A stretch of DNA of 63,192 bases. Origin: a virus. Taxonomy: Duplodnaviria > Caudoviricetes. The position numbers were made by a program, and so were the translations under genes. Shown piece after piece: positions 43,167-53,433 of the stretch (position 1 is its first letter; every line of letters starts with the position of its first letter). The notes under the pieces were generated by a model that saw nothing but the letters and a program-made list of their open reading frames with translations, searched no databases and was not told the origin of the DNA. The DNA lies in the IMG/VR virus record IMGVR_UViG_3300031566_000027, positions 1-63,192 of that record; one strand, 5' to 3'.

Positions 43167-44948
43167 CTATTTGGTAGCGATCTGCCTGGATCCCATGGTA
43201 TCAACCTGGTGGTGGATCCCGGCGGTTTCGACCAGGGCATCACCGGCAAAGGCATCCCCGGTGGCCGCGACTCTTTCCAGGGTGAATAAGAATTGATCGC
43301 CTATCTGGATTCCGCCGCCGTTTACTCCGCCGGTGGTGCCGGATATACTTGGAAACACTGCTAAATAGGCCTCGTATTGGGTATCTACCGGAATATCGGC
43401 CGTGTTTATTACCCTGGGGGCATCGAGGGTTTCACCGTTGCGCGATATCGTGTAAGTCAGCTGCCATTGAACATTGTCGGTGCCGGTAGGTGCCGCGATG
43501 ATATTGAAATGAACGTGGAAACTTAAATCGGTGCCCTCTTTATATGCGTGGGGGATCTCTATATTTCCGCTGGCGGCCTCGCCCACTGCATACCCAAAAG
43601 TGTAAATCCCGGTATTTGCCGCGGCCTCGTCCACAAATTCAACCGTATCGGGCGCCTGGGCCGGGATTGGATGGAGCACCGCGCCGCCCAGGTTCGCATC
43701 CTCATAAACCGGTTGCGCTAATACAAGAGTTTTCTCGGTGCCACAATCGAGGGTAAGATCGATCGGCGTTCCGGTGTTGGTTTCAATCCGGGCCGTTGGC
43801 AGTTGGACCGCGGTGGCGGTTATAACCATCTGCGGGGTGCCGGCAACATAAGCCGTTATGGTATTAGCGGCCTGATCAATGTGCCAGGATTCGTTTGCAT
43901 CGAGGCCTAATATTTGATCACCCGGCGCGATATCAAGCCACTTGGTTCCATCGAAATCAACATAGTAATTATTTATGGCCAGGATTGCGGTGCCGGTGTT
44001 AAGGCCGTCTGAGGCATAGGCCTCTATCTCGGAGTTGGTCCAATCGGCAATTACTTTGGTAACGCCACCAAAATCTCCTAAAACCGCCTCGAGGGCGTTT
44101 ATTAGTAAAAATGGAGTGTTGGCGATAAACGCCGCGATGGTATCCCCGGCCTGGTCGACCGAAATTGATTCGGCCGTCTGATCGCCCATGATCTGAAAAG
44201 CCGCGCCAATATCTAAAAGATCGGTGCCGTTTACCTCGATTAACCCCGCCGTTGTAGTGGCCTTTATATTAACCGCGTTGCCGCCGCCGTCCTCGGCCTG
44301 TAAAAAGGCCTCGAGGCTGCCGCCATCGGCGCTTACTTGTGAACCGCCCGAAATGGCATTGATCGAATTTAGATTAATTAAGGCGCCGGAAATCATTGTG
44401 AATATAGCAGGGGGCCCGCCGCCGCTTTGATCCACCACCATATTAATGCTTTGATTATCCGCCGTTAGCCAGGGCACCCCATTACCGAAAATGGTTTGAC
44501 CGAGGCCCGGCCCGGCCGTCCAATCCAGGTTGATCCATGTATTCGCGGGATCCCCCAGGGTGGCCGTGAAGTCGGTCAATTCTAAAAGTTTAACCGCGCC
44601 TGGCCGCACATAAAACTCACCATTTGCAAAATCTAACATGAAATCCTGTTGGGATCCTGCAAAAATAGCGCCGAATCTAATGCCGGTGATTAGCGACCAA
44701 TCTAAAATTTGCAGTGCGTCTATGAATCCAACAAATTGGCCGTTTCCGGGATCAAGTACTTGCAACCAGGAGTTTCCCGCCGCTATGCGCGAGGGGTCGA
44801 TAACTGTCTGAATCGTTACCCATTTAACCTTTTTATTCTGGTCGGCTACGTCACCCTCGGTTAAATCGACAACCTCAAACAAAAGATTATCGTGGAATCC
44901 GCCGGCGAGCAGTTCTTGCATTTCACTAATTCTAAAATCATCAGCCAT
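43167..44948 (-). CDS. Tail fibre/spike-like protein
   Basis: MADDFRISEM N-terminus; beta-rich G/A/D/T composition; C-terminal EIPHAYKEG..L.FHVH module. Confidence 0.6.
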   Translation of the reverse strand: MADDFRISEMQELLAGGFHDNLLFEVVDLTEGDVADQNKKVKWVTIQTVIDPSRIAAGNSWLQVLDPGNGQFVGFIDALQILDWSLITGIRFGAIFAGSQQDFMLDFANGEFYVRPGAVKLLELTDFTATLGDPANTWINLDWTAGPGLGQTIFGNGVPWLTADNQSINMVVDQSGGGPPAIFTMISGALINLNSINAISGGSQVSADGGSLEAFLQAEDGGGNAVNIKATTTAGLIEVNGTDLLDIGAAFQIMGDQTAESISVDQAGDTIAAFIANTPFLLINALEAVLGDFGGVTKVIADWTNSEIEAYASDGLNTGTAILAINNYYVDFDGTKWLDIAPGDQILGLDANESWHIDQAANTITAYVAGTPQMVITATAVQLPTARIETNTGTPIDLTLDCGTEKTLVLAQPVYEDANLGGAVLHPIPAQAPDTVEFVDEAAANTGIYTFGYAVGEAASGNIEIPHAYKEGTDLSFHVHFNIIAAPTGTDNVQWQLTYTISRNGETLDAPRVINTADIPVDTQYEAYLAVFPSISGTTGGVNGGGIQIGDQFLFTLERVAATGDAFAGDALVETAGIHHQVDTMGSRQIATK

Positions 44949-44953
44949 TTTTT

Positions 44954-46543
44954 TTACTCCAATAATCGGGCCGCGCCCGTTTCAAGTAGTCTTTGACCGG
45001 ATCTATTAGGATACGGCGTTCCGGCCTCCAATAATCTTGCCGTCAAAACCTCCGGGATATAATACATGGTATCCGTGGTTTCATCGTTATATTGTGCACT
45101 CGCGTAAAAATCGAGCTCGGTGACATATTCAACCTGGCCATTGGCCATCTGCATACAGAGGCCGCCATTGATCCCGAGATCCCCGGGCACCCCATCCGTA
45201 TAAAAGCAGAAATATTTTGAATCGTGGACCTCTGCGCTCATCGTATGAGGCAATCGCGCTTGCCATTCCTCCCGGGTAAACTGGCCGTAAGAAACCACCA
45301 TGCCATCGGTCGGCCCACACAAGTAAAGGCCGTCCGTTGTCGGAAATAAAACACCCTGGGGCACTGCCGCCATGCCTCTTTTGGACAGGCAGGGGTGAGG
45401 ATCCGGAAATTTTTGCGGTTGCATGACGCTCGGATCCGTACCGTAAACCACATACGGGTTTTCCTCGGTGCCGACCACCAGGATATTTCCGATCGTTCCC
45501 AGGCCCACTATCGGGAAATCGAGGGTTATTTGATAGGCCAGTGGCCAGGAATGAGGATAATTCGCCTCGGAAAAATATAGATTTTTACCCACAAACCCGG
45601 CAAAAAACCGGCCGATCGATACAATGCCGGTTAAGCTATCCGGGGGGCCTACCCATCCGGAGGTCGATAAAACCTCGGCCAGGTCCGTATCGAGTTTAGT
45701 GTCGATATAACCGGAGCTCGCCATGGGGATCTGGTCGACAAATTGATACTGAGAACTTTCATCGCCGGAGTTGATACGATAGATCCGCTTGCCGCCGCCG
45801 GAATCGTAAAGGATATCCTTTTTGTAGGCTCTCCATATTGCAGTACCATCGGCGGTATCTGCGTCAACCACCGTTCCCCAGGTCGGCTCGAGGCCCCCGG
45901 AGGTTCCCGCCTGTACGCATTTGTAAACATGGTCCACTAAAACGGACGGTATTATCCAATCATCCTCCGTGTAGGCGGTCGCGGCCTGCCATACCGGGTC
46001 CATGTTGGAAAGGGTGACGGTTTGCCCCTGTAAGGCCGTTACGATATTACTTGCCGCACTCGGGGCCCCCTCCTCGCCCCAGGACGTTACCACGGTCCAG
46101 ACATAAGCGATCGCACGCGCATCGCCGGATCCGCCGCCGCCCAGGACCGCAATAGGGGCTTTAGCCGGCACTGGAACGCCGATCGGGTAAAAATTGATAG
46201 GATAATCACCGGCGCCGGTGGTGGCCTCATCCTCATTGGTCTTTTTGGGGATCCCATCGCCGGTATAATACAACTTGTTTTCGATATCACTGGCGATCGG
46301 TCCGCGGACGATATCAACATCGGCATCGAATAAAAGCCAATATTGCGATAAATAAAGGTAAATAGTCCGGATCAAATTGCCTGATATCGTATCGTCTTTG
46401 GCAATCAGTTGATTATACCAGGGCCGCAAATGGCCTTGATGGATCTTTACCATGCTCGCCCGCTGCGCCTCATTTGGTTCTAATAAGGTGGCGCCTATCC
46501 TGGGCCGGATCCCTCTAAAGACTTGTACTGTTTCGATTGTCAT
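44954..46543 (-). CDS. Tail nozzle / stabilisation protein (tubular B-like), N-terminal part, with CBM-like insert
   Basis: FRGIRPRI...L....AQ.A; AYVWTVVTSWGEEGAPS; WQAATAY..YKC..AGTSG..EPTW; FAGF.G..LYFSE...PHSWP..Y. Confidence 0.7.
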   Translation of the reverse strand: MTIETVQVFRGIRPRIGATLLEPNEAQRASMVKIHQGHLRPWYNQLIAKDDTISGNLIRTIYLYLSQYWLLFDADVDIVRGPIASDIENKLYYTGDGIPKKTNEDEATTGAGDYPINFYPIGVPVPAKAPIAVLGGGGSGDARAIAYVWTVVTSWGEEGAPSAASNIVTALQGQTVTLSNMDPVWQAATAYTEDDWIIPSVLVDHVYKCVQAGTSGGLEPTWGTVVDADTADGTAIWRAYKKDILYDSGGGKRIYRINSGDESSQYQFVDQIPMASSGYIDTKLDTDLAEVLSTSGWVGPPDSLTGIVSIGRFFAGFVGKNLYFSEANYPHSWPLAYQITLDFPIVGLGTIGNILVVGTEENPYVVYGTDPSVMQPQKFPDPHPCLSKRGMAAVPQGVLFPTTDGLYLCGPTDGMVVSYGQFTREEWQARLPHTMSAEVHDSKYFCFYTDGVPGDLGINGGLCMQMANGQVEYVTELDFYASAQYNDETTDTMYYIPEVLTARLLEAGTPYPNRSGQRLLETGAARLLE

Positions 46544-48057
46544 ATCTCACCAAATACCTCTAATGTCGGCGGTGGCACCCACTGGTTTCCATTATAGGAT
46601 GCCCAACCTCCCGCATCTGGCGGATAAGGGGGCGCTATCCCGCTGTAATCGGCTTCAAATTCTCTCATGCAGATCCAAACCTCACCGCCCAAATTGGCAG
46701 CTATCAGATCAATTCCATCCTGATTAAGATATATTTCTTGATTGCCGTTAATCATTGGCTCGGGATCCGCTAAAATCGGTCCGCTAAAATTATTCCAATC
46801 GGAACAGGTTATTGGAAAGGTGGCGCTCGATTCTTGCAAGACCATACTGCTTCCCCCTGATACGGCATATTGGAAAAGTTTTAGCCTTACCCGGTCAATC
46901 TCTGTGATCGTTATTCCAGATAAATCAAAGACTAACCATGATCGATTAAAACCATACTGTTTAGGATCCCCGCCAACCCACCATCGGTATTGACAACCGA
47001 CTTGCAAACGCGATTCCCAATCAAAACCATCGCAGCTTGGCGCGGTCCTGGCGGTGTTAAAATCCGGATCGCGTACCTCCATCTGTCCGCCATATCCGGT
47101 GGTAAAAGGATTTCCCGCTGTTTGTTTTACGCAATCATAAAACTCTAAATTCGACATTTGCGTTTTACCGCTTATCGGTCCATTACTGGTCATTAAAAGC
47201 CGGCCAAGATCGACAAAATAATCATCGCCATCATTTACCTCAAAGGTAAAACCATCGGGCCCAATTAACTTGCTGCTAATTTGATTCAATAGCCCGCCGT
47301 TGGTATCGTAAAGCCTCAAGAGGGCCGTAAGGGTTTCCTCGGGCCGGTAAATAGTGCAAAATGATGGCCGGTATCCGGAGGCCCAGATGCCAATATCTTC
47401 TAGGAATAAATTAAAATCAGACTCCCAAAGAGTACCGGTAAACACTCCATTAGTAGGATTTCCGTCCAGGGGTTCCCAATGGGTATCATCAAAATATGGC
47501 CGGAAACATTCTAACTCTGCCACAATCCAGACTTTAAAGCCGAAACCGGTATCAATATATTCCTCATCCACACATGGCTCGCCGGCAATCAGCTGCCAAT
47601 ATGGATTAACCGCGTCAAAACTCATCCACCATCTAACCCCGCATCCGGCGTATTGAAGTATTTTTTCGCCTCTATAAAGCGGTGAAACCACGCCGTTAGG
47701 GTTAAAATCGATCTGCCGCGTGCCGTCCGGTTGAAAAAGGCTCTCATAGTGATCCGCGTGTGTTGTCAAAAATATCAGGGTTCCCGCCGGCCACATTTGG
47801 GCGGTGGTTCCGCCCTGGGCCCTTTCCACCTTTAAAAAGGCCGTTGCCTCGTTCAGGTTGCTATTTGCCAGATCTATTTTGACAATTTCGCGCACTATCG
47901 GATCCCGGAGGACCGCCCACATAGTATCGCCATCGATGGCCTGGGGGTTTATAAACTGTGAAAAATCCGCCCAGGGGATCTTAATTTCGGTGCTGCTAAC
48001 GCCGATCGCAAGTTGTAAATGCGAAACCCCTCGATTATTGAAATTAATTACTGGCAT
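46540..48057 (-). CDS. Tail-associated protein with C-terminal DNRLRE/CBM-like domain
   Basis: N-domain resembles 48068-48508 (VERAQGGTTA); C-terminal RSWLVFDLSGI...P.LEV. Confidence 0.6.
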   Translation of the reverse strand: MPVINFNNRGVSHLQLAIGVSSTEIKIPWADFSQFINPQAIDGDTMWAVLRDPIVREIVKIDLANSNLNEATAFLKVERAQGGTTAQMWPAGTLIFLTTHADHYESLFQPDGTRQIDFNPNGVVSPLYRGEKILQYAGCGVRWWMSFDAVNPYWQLIAGEPCVDEEYIDTGFGFKVWIVAELECFRPYFDDTHWEPLDGNPTNGVFTGTLWESDFNLFLEDIGIWASGYRPSFCTIYRPEETLTALLRLYDTNGGLLNQISSKLIGPDGFTFEVNDGDDYFVDLGRLLMTSNGPISGKTQMSNLEFYDCVKQTAGNPFTTGYGGQMEVRDPDFNTARTAPSCDGFDWESRLQVGCQYRWWVGGDPKQYGFNRSWLVFDLSGITITEIDRVRLKLFQYAVSGGSSMVLQESSATFPITCSDWNNFSGPILADPEPMINGNQEIYLNQDGIDLIAANLGGEVWICMREFEADYSGIAPPYPPDAGGWASYNGNQWVPPPTLEVFGEI

Positions 48058-48067
48058 TTTCCCCTCT

Positions 48068-48508
48068 CTAATCCGTTATGCCCATTTGTAGCCAGGTCGT
48101 ACCGCTTACGTTTTTCCACCATCGGCCGTTTATGGAGTTATAAACTTCCTCGCCAAAATAATCAGCTGCCAGGGATCCATCCGGATCCGTTGTTACAATT
48201 CTATTGCTGCCCTTTTGAAAAAACAGGTTTAAAATGTCGACGTCCATCCGGAGCTCGAACGAGGCGCCGGCGCCAAATGATAGCGGCGAGGCCCCCCGGG
48301 TAACGGTGAAAACATCGCCGGCGCGATCGGTGACGATCATCCATTCGCTTTTGGATCCCTCGATCATAACGCACTTGAACTGCTCTCCGGCCGAAATCGA
48401 TGGAAAAAGGGAGCCATCGCCCGCCTCTAAGCTGAAAGAGGAATCCCCGGCGCCTATCGCGTTTTCAAGGTTCCCCTTGGCATTATTCTCAAATTTAAAA
48501 ACGGCCAT
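48068..48508 (-). CDS. Tail-associated protein
   Basis: FENNAKGNL...G.LFP....E.M.VT.R.GD.FTVTRG. Confidence 0.65.
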   Translation of the reverse strand: MAVFKFENNAKGNLENAIGAGDSSFSLEAGDGSLFPSISAGEQFKCVMIEGSKSEWMIVTDRAGDVFTVTRGASPLSFGAGASFELRMDVDILNLFFQKGSNRIVTTDPDGSLAADYFGEEVYNSINGRWWKNVSGTTWLQMGITD

Positions 48509-48518
48509 GATTCACCCC

Positions 48519-49229
48519 TTAAAAATCAGTGTATTTAGTTGTGATAATATCCCTGGTCCGGTGCCTGGTGAACCCGGAAAACTTCATTTGCCTGGCCGGC
48601 AGGATAGCCTCCTGATACCCGATACCGTGGGCGGATCCTAACTCCGGGTTTGACCACGGCTTATTTGTCAACAATAACAACTCGGCCAGGGCCCTATCGG
48701 CTATCGTCTTTTTATAATGGGTCCAAAGGATCTTAGGAACTACCTGGGATCCATCAAAAGGCATGATATTGATCCAGACTTTCAGGCCGGCATCAATATC
48801 GATCTCAGGCGTATACATCAGATTTACCCTAAGATTCTGGCCTACCCACGCCGCATCCGGATCCTCCGCGGTCTGCGATCGCCAATCATCCCTTTCCTCC
48901 GGGTTCTCATCGACCGCAATCTCCGCGATAGGCGTTTTTCTATAAAAGGTATCGCCGTCTTTGATCTCGAAATGATCTAAGCTAACCATTTCACCCAGGG
49001 GGGATTGAACGATATATTCTCGCTTGCCGGCCTCAATATCAATCAACTCGAGCTCGACCGTCCACAATTCGGTCCGCTTTAAAAAATCCCTGGTGGCATC
49101 TACAATGGCCTCCGCGATCTTCGGATTGGGGCAAAGAGGAACATTGGGCCATATCTGATTGTACCAATTCGATACGGCAATATAGCCGGTGCCGACCGGA
49201 GTTACCGGGCTTCCCGTTGTTAATCCCAT
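48519..49229 (-). CDS. Head-tail adaptor (tubular A-like)
   Basis: PNVP.CP...I..AI.DA.RDF..RT.LW...IA..AL..LL....KPWSNP. Confidence 0.7.
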   Translation of the reverse strand: MGLTTGSPVTPVGTGYIAVSNWYNQIWPNVPLCPNPKIAEAIVDATRDFLKRTELWTVELELIDIEAGKREYIVQSPLGEMVSLDHFEIKDGDTFYRKTPIAEIAVDENPEERDDWRSQTAEDPDAAWVGQNLRVNLMYTPEIDIDAGLKVWINIMPFDGSQVVPKILWTHYKKTIADRALAELLLLTNKPWSNPELGSAHGIGYQEAILPARQMKFSGFTRHRTRDIITTKYTDF

Positions 49230-51508
49230 TAGCTCACTACCTCCGTGTCCGGATTTTCAAAGTTGAATCCGCTTTTTTGGGTCCAGAAATAATAGGTGCC
49301 GGCATCCAGATAAAAGGTGACGTTTCCAAAGGAATCCGTTCTGCCGCTCGCTACTGCATTGTTTCCAAGGGGATCAGTTGTCACCCACACATCGGCGTCC
49401 GCGATCGGGTTCGCGCTTATCTGGTTTGTCACATTGTAAACAAAGGTTATGGCGCCTACCGGCACGCCGCCCACTACCGCGATTATCGATTCGGTATCTG
49501 TCTTAACATCGGCAACATCGGCGGTCAGATCGGTGATATCATCGAGCAGATCATCCACATCGCCCTGCATATTAAAGATCGCATCATCGGTTAATCCTTG
49601 CTGAAAAAGGATTGTGGAAAGGGTGCTCGGGATCGAGGTACCGGTATCGACCAGGATGGCATCGAGGATAAGATCCAGGCGCCCGCCATCGGTCCAATCG
49701 GTCTGCAATTCGTTGGTATCGACCAGGACGGCATCGATATTACTATCGATTGTGGTCAGAGCTCCGCCATCCGGCAAGAGATCCGTAACCGCCTTGATGG
49801 CGTCCACCACTGTATCGACCGTGGCCAGGTCCGCCGCCAGGGCCAGGGCTGAAACGTCCGCTTTATAATCTCCAATCGTTTCAGAGGGTACAAGGTTCTG
49901 ATTTTTGGCGCCGAACGTGCCGGCGGAAACGTGCCCGGCGATAGCTTCATCCCATACCGCGTCCGCGATCTGGCCGACCGTTGGCATCCCGCCGCCGGTG
50001 CCAAGTGCCTCGAGGGCGTCAGAGGTTCGATCAAAGGTCTGAGATCCGTCTACATTCATAATCAGGTCAAAGAGCGTATCCGCTACCGGATCGCCGGAGG
50101 GGTGCGCGACTTTGGCCAGATGATCAAGATCATTGGCCTCGATAACCGTTTGCACATCGGCGGAGCTCAGATCATTTAAGGCGGTAATTTGTGCCGGCAG
50201 GGTTGTACCGGTATCGACCAGGATCGGATCCAGATAGGTCGATTCCAGGTTACTTACGATATCAATTATGTCGCTATGCTCACTTGGCAGGGTGGTACCG
50301 GTATCAACCAGGATCGCGGCCAGGTCGTTCATGGCGCCCGCGTCCGGAATCAGATCGGTAACGGCCTTAATGAGGGCAAGATCTAACATAGCGCCCGAAT
50401 CCGGAATCAGGCTCACAATCGAGTAGATTGCCCCCGTTGACAGATCGATGGCATCCACAACTGTCTTGACGGCCGCGATATCGGCATCGGTGGCAATATG
50501 CGAGGACGTTACCAGGGTGACGGTGGCCGTTTGGTCAAGTTCCCGGCCGGTGGATCCTACTGCAATATGAGAGGCGATCGGCTCATCCCACACGCCATCA
50601 ACAATTTGCTGCACCGTTGGGCCGCCTCCGCCGCCGGCGCCCAATGCTTCAAGGGCATCGGTGGTGCGGTCAAAAGTTTGGGATCCATCCACGTTCATCA
50701 TGTAATCGAGGAGGGTATTTGCAACCGGATCTCCGCTCGGATGGGCCACTTTTGCCAAATGGTCAAGGTCGTTAGTTTCAATTACCGTTTGAATATCGGC
50801 CGATGAGAGGTCATTTAGGCCCGCAATCGAGGCCGCGGTGGCCAAAAGTGCGTGTTCGGCCGGCAAAGTGGTCCCGGTATCGACTAAGATCGCGTCTACA
50901 TTCGCGTCTAAGGTGGTCAATGCACCGCCATCTGGCAGGGCATCAGTGACAACTTTGATGGCATCGACAACCGTATCGACCGTGGCCAGGTTTGCCGCCG
51001 TGGCCAATAATGCGTGTTCGCCTGGTAGGGTGGTGCCGGTGTCTACCAGTATGGCATCCACAATCCCATCGATAACATCAACCGAGGCCTGGGTGGCCAA
51101 TAATGCGTGTTCGGCCGGCAGGGTTGTACCGGTGTCGACTAAGATCGCGTCCACATTATCGTCTACCGTTTGCAGGGCAGCTGCCGTGGCGCCCTCAACT
51201 CCCATTTGAAAGAAATGGCTCATGGTTCCAACAATCGTGCCGACCGTTGCGGAAACGTAGATCGAATAGGATTTACCAACCTCAAAACCATTGGCCGCGG
51301 TCAACTGGATCCGCTCGGAATAAAAGCCGGCCGTATTTGCAGAATCCAATAAGGCCATGCTGCCGGTTAGGATCGGCGTGCCGGTTTCATCCTCATAGAT
51401 CCGATAGGTCGGCACCGAATCTGCATCGGTGGCCTGGCCGGTTTCCGGATGGTGGGTATTCGCCACGAATGTTAAAAAATCGTCTATTTCCCATTTTCCT
51501 AAGTTCAT
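49229..51508 (-). CDS. Long repetitive fibre-like virion protein
   Basis: Many DAILVDTGTTLP repeats; two copies of a roughly 80-aa unit ending VWDE; C-terminal beta-sandwich. Confidence 0.7.
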   Translation of the reverse strand: MNLGKWEIDDFLTFVANTHHPETGQATDADSVPTYRIYEDETGTPILTGSMALLDSANTAGFYSERIQLTAANGFEVGKSYSIYVSATVGTIVGTMSHFFQMGVEGATAAALQTVDDNVDAILVDTGTTLPAEHALLATQASVDVIDGIVDAILVDTGTTLPGEHALLATAANLATVDTVVDAIKVVTDALPDGGALTTLDANVDAILVDTGTTLPAEHALLATAASIAGLNDLSSADIQTVIETNDLDHLAKVAHPSGDPVANTLLDYMMNVDGSQTFDRTTDALEALGAGGGGGPTVQQIVDGVWDEPIASHIAVGSTGRELDQTATVTLVTSSHIATDADIAAVKTVVDAIDLSTGAIYSIVSLIPDSGAMLDLALIKAVTDLIPDAGAMNDLAAILVDTGTTLPSEHSDIIDIVSNLESTYLDPILVDTGTTLPAQITALNDLSSADVQTVIEANDLDHLAKVAHPSGDPVADTLFDLIMNVDGSQTFDRTSDALEALGTGGGMPTVGQIADAVWDEAIAGHVSAGTFGAKNQNLVPSETIGDYKADVSALALAADLATVDTVVDAIKAVTDLLPDGGALTTIDSNIDAVLVDTNELQTDWTDGGRLDLILDAILVDTGTSIPSTLSTILFQQGLTDDAIFNMQGDVDDLLDDITDLTADVADVKTDTESIIAVVGGVPVGAITFVYNVTNQISANPIADADVWVTTDPLGNNAVASGRTDSFGNVTFYLDAGTYYFWTQKSGFNFENPDTEVVS

Positions 51509-51511
51509 TTT

Positions 51512-52510
51512 TTACCTCACTATTCGTCTGCCAAAGTTTAGAGATCCGCCCGGCAGGGAATCAATTACCGGGTAAATTGAAAAGTATTGGTCACAACCAA
51601 TATCCCAATCAAAAGCGGCTACTCGCCGCCGCCATTTAATATCATCGTCAAATGGAAATACAGAATGGGCACTTAGATCCTGGCCGTAATTTCGGGCGCC
51701 TGCATCGGTAATTGATAAACGGCCTTTTTCTATGGATCCGTGGGCCTGGAATGTAAAGGTCTGATTTATCCTTGACCCTGTACCAAAGGCCGTGGCATCC
51801 CCGGAGGCGTTGTTTTCCTCTAAAAAGGCGGATCCTCCATCGAAATCATCATCAAAATTTCCATCGGCCAGGTCATTTATCCATATCGGATCCACTGAAA
51901 ACTCGTTAAAACCTCGGCCGATAACCGAATCAAGCGCGGTGCAATTAAGAAAATAACAATCGTCTATATCCCCGAGGAAAGGGTGTTCATCCTGGTTAAT
52001 GCAAAGGCAATTCACCACCACGCCATCGGCGCCATCGGACATATTAAAACCGCGCCCCAGGCAATCAATATTGATAATTCCTATCCATGTAGTGTTATCC
52101 CCGCCGGTGGTTTCGTTGGTATCGTTATCAACCGCCGACATAATTAGATCCTGGATGCTCGCGTAATCCTCGCCGGAAATCTCAAATCCGATACCGGATG
52201 CCCTGGTGAACGTAACGCCTGGGCCTGGAACTACTCCCTTGTGCCCCTGCCAATCGGATCCAAACCTTGATCCGGCCGGCCGGATGATACGCCGATATGA
52301 GGCGTTTGTGGTGGCCCCGGCCATACTCGTCCGATCATCGAATTGTGCGGCATCGTCATAGCACTCCAAAACCTCGGATTGTGCCAATGATACCAAATTA
52401 TTATCGGTGGCGGCCTCCCAGGTGGATAGGCTTGTGTAGTCGCGCCCGAAACCCGAGGCCCCATAGGTGCTGATCTGTTCGTTTACACCTTTAATTCTTG
52501 AAGTTGCCAT
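51512..52510 (-). CDS. Possible beta-helix (pectin-lyase-like) tailspike
   Basis: DYTSLSTWEA start; N/C/D-rich repeats (VVNC, FLNCT); terminal WDIGCDQY. Confidence 0.55.
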   Translation of the reverse strand: MATSRIKGVNEQISTYGASGFGRDYTSLSTWEAATDNNLVSLAQSEVLECYDDAAQFDDRTSMAGATTNASYRRIIRPAGSRFGSDWQGHKGVVPGPGVTFTRASGIGFEISGEDYASIQDLIMSAVDNDTNETTGGDNTTWIGIINIDCLGRGFNMSDGADGVVVNCLCINQDEHPFLGDIDDCYFLNCTALDSVIGRGFNEFSVDPIWINDLADGNFDDDFDGGSAFLEENNASGDATAFGTGSRINQTFTFQAHGSIEKGRLSITDAGARNYGQDLSAHSVFPFDDDIKWRRRVAAFDWDIGCDQYFSIYPVIDSLPGGSLNFGRRIVR

Positions 52511-52974
52511 CAGATATAAACCCCTTTTACTTTATCAAATACAAGGCCCTCGGCGGCATAGGGTGTATGATCGGTCAACCATAAATTGCTATCCTCATCT
52601 AATGTATAAAACGGTTGGTAAGCATCGCCCGGATCCCGAGCTCGGTCCAGGTCAAGGGCCGGATATAATTGCTTGATCCTGGCCAAGGGTGCACAATACC
52701 GGCGTTTATCGTACCTGATATAATTCGATCTCGGCTTATAGATCCCGGTTGGATCGTAGGGCTCATAAACCGCCGCATCCAACATTATCGAACCAACTCC
52801 ATCGACCAGGATCCACAACCACAATTTAGCCTCTTTCATGCCTATGCCGGCGGTCGGAGGCCTCACCGTGACCAAATCGCCCTCTTGAATGTGCTCGGGC
52901 GCTTTTTGAAAAACGGCGATCGCTATCTCCCTGGTCGGATAGGCCCTCGGTATCACATAACTCGGGGTTGTCAT
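52510..52974 (-). CDS. Hypothetical protein in the tail cluster
   Basis: Translationally coupled on both sides. Confidence 0.65.
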   Translation of the reverse strand: MTTPSYVIPRAYPTREIAIAVFQKAPEHIQEGDLVTVRPPTAGIGMKEAKLWLWILVDGVGSIMLDAAVYEPYDPTGIYKPRSNYIRYDKRRYCAPLARIKQLYPALDLDRARDPGDAYQPFYTLDEDSNLWLTDHTPYAAEGLVFDKVKGVYI

Positions 52975-53421
52975 TTAATCGTCCTCGCTCATCCGATTGA
53001 TCATGGCGGTTTGCAGTTGGGCCAAGGTGCGGTCGGGTAGCGCGTGCTGTGCCCGCAAGATATTGATCTCATCCTTGATAATGTCGGCAAAAGCGATCAT
53101 CATTTTTCTAAATCGCGGGTGAGTTTGGAATAAAGCCCTTGCTCCATCCCGGTCCATCAGGTTTTCATCCGCCGTTTCCAGGGCCGCGAATCCATCGATC
53201 TCGGGTTGTGTTGCGTTCCGGCAGCTGCCGCCGTCCATTATTTTGGCAAATCCCAGGACGCGCAAAGGGCCGCCTCCGCCCTCCCGGAGCTCGGTTCCGT
53301 TTATAAAGGTCGGATCCGTGGCCACACTCCAAAAAGAGGGATCCCGTTGGTCAAATTGCTGATCCGTTGGCGAGATCTTGATAACCTCGCCGCCGTTTTC
53401 TCGATATAATACCGTGGTCAT
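52975..53421 (-). CDS. Hypothetical protein in the tail cluster
   Basis: AAGGAG RBS. Confidence 0.65.
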   Translation of the reverse strand: MTTVLYRENGGEVIKISPTDQQFDQRDPSFWSVATDPTFINGTELREGGGGPLRVLGFAKIMDGGSCRNATQPEIDGFAALETADENLMDRDGARALFQTHPRFRKMMIAFADIIKDEINILRAQHALPDRTLAQLQTAMINRMSEDD

Positions 53422-53433
53422 TTGGTTACTCCT

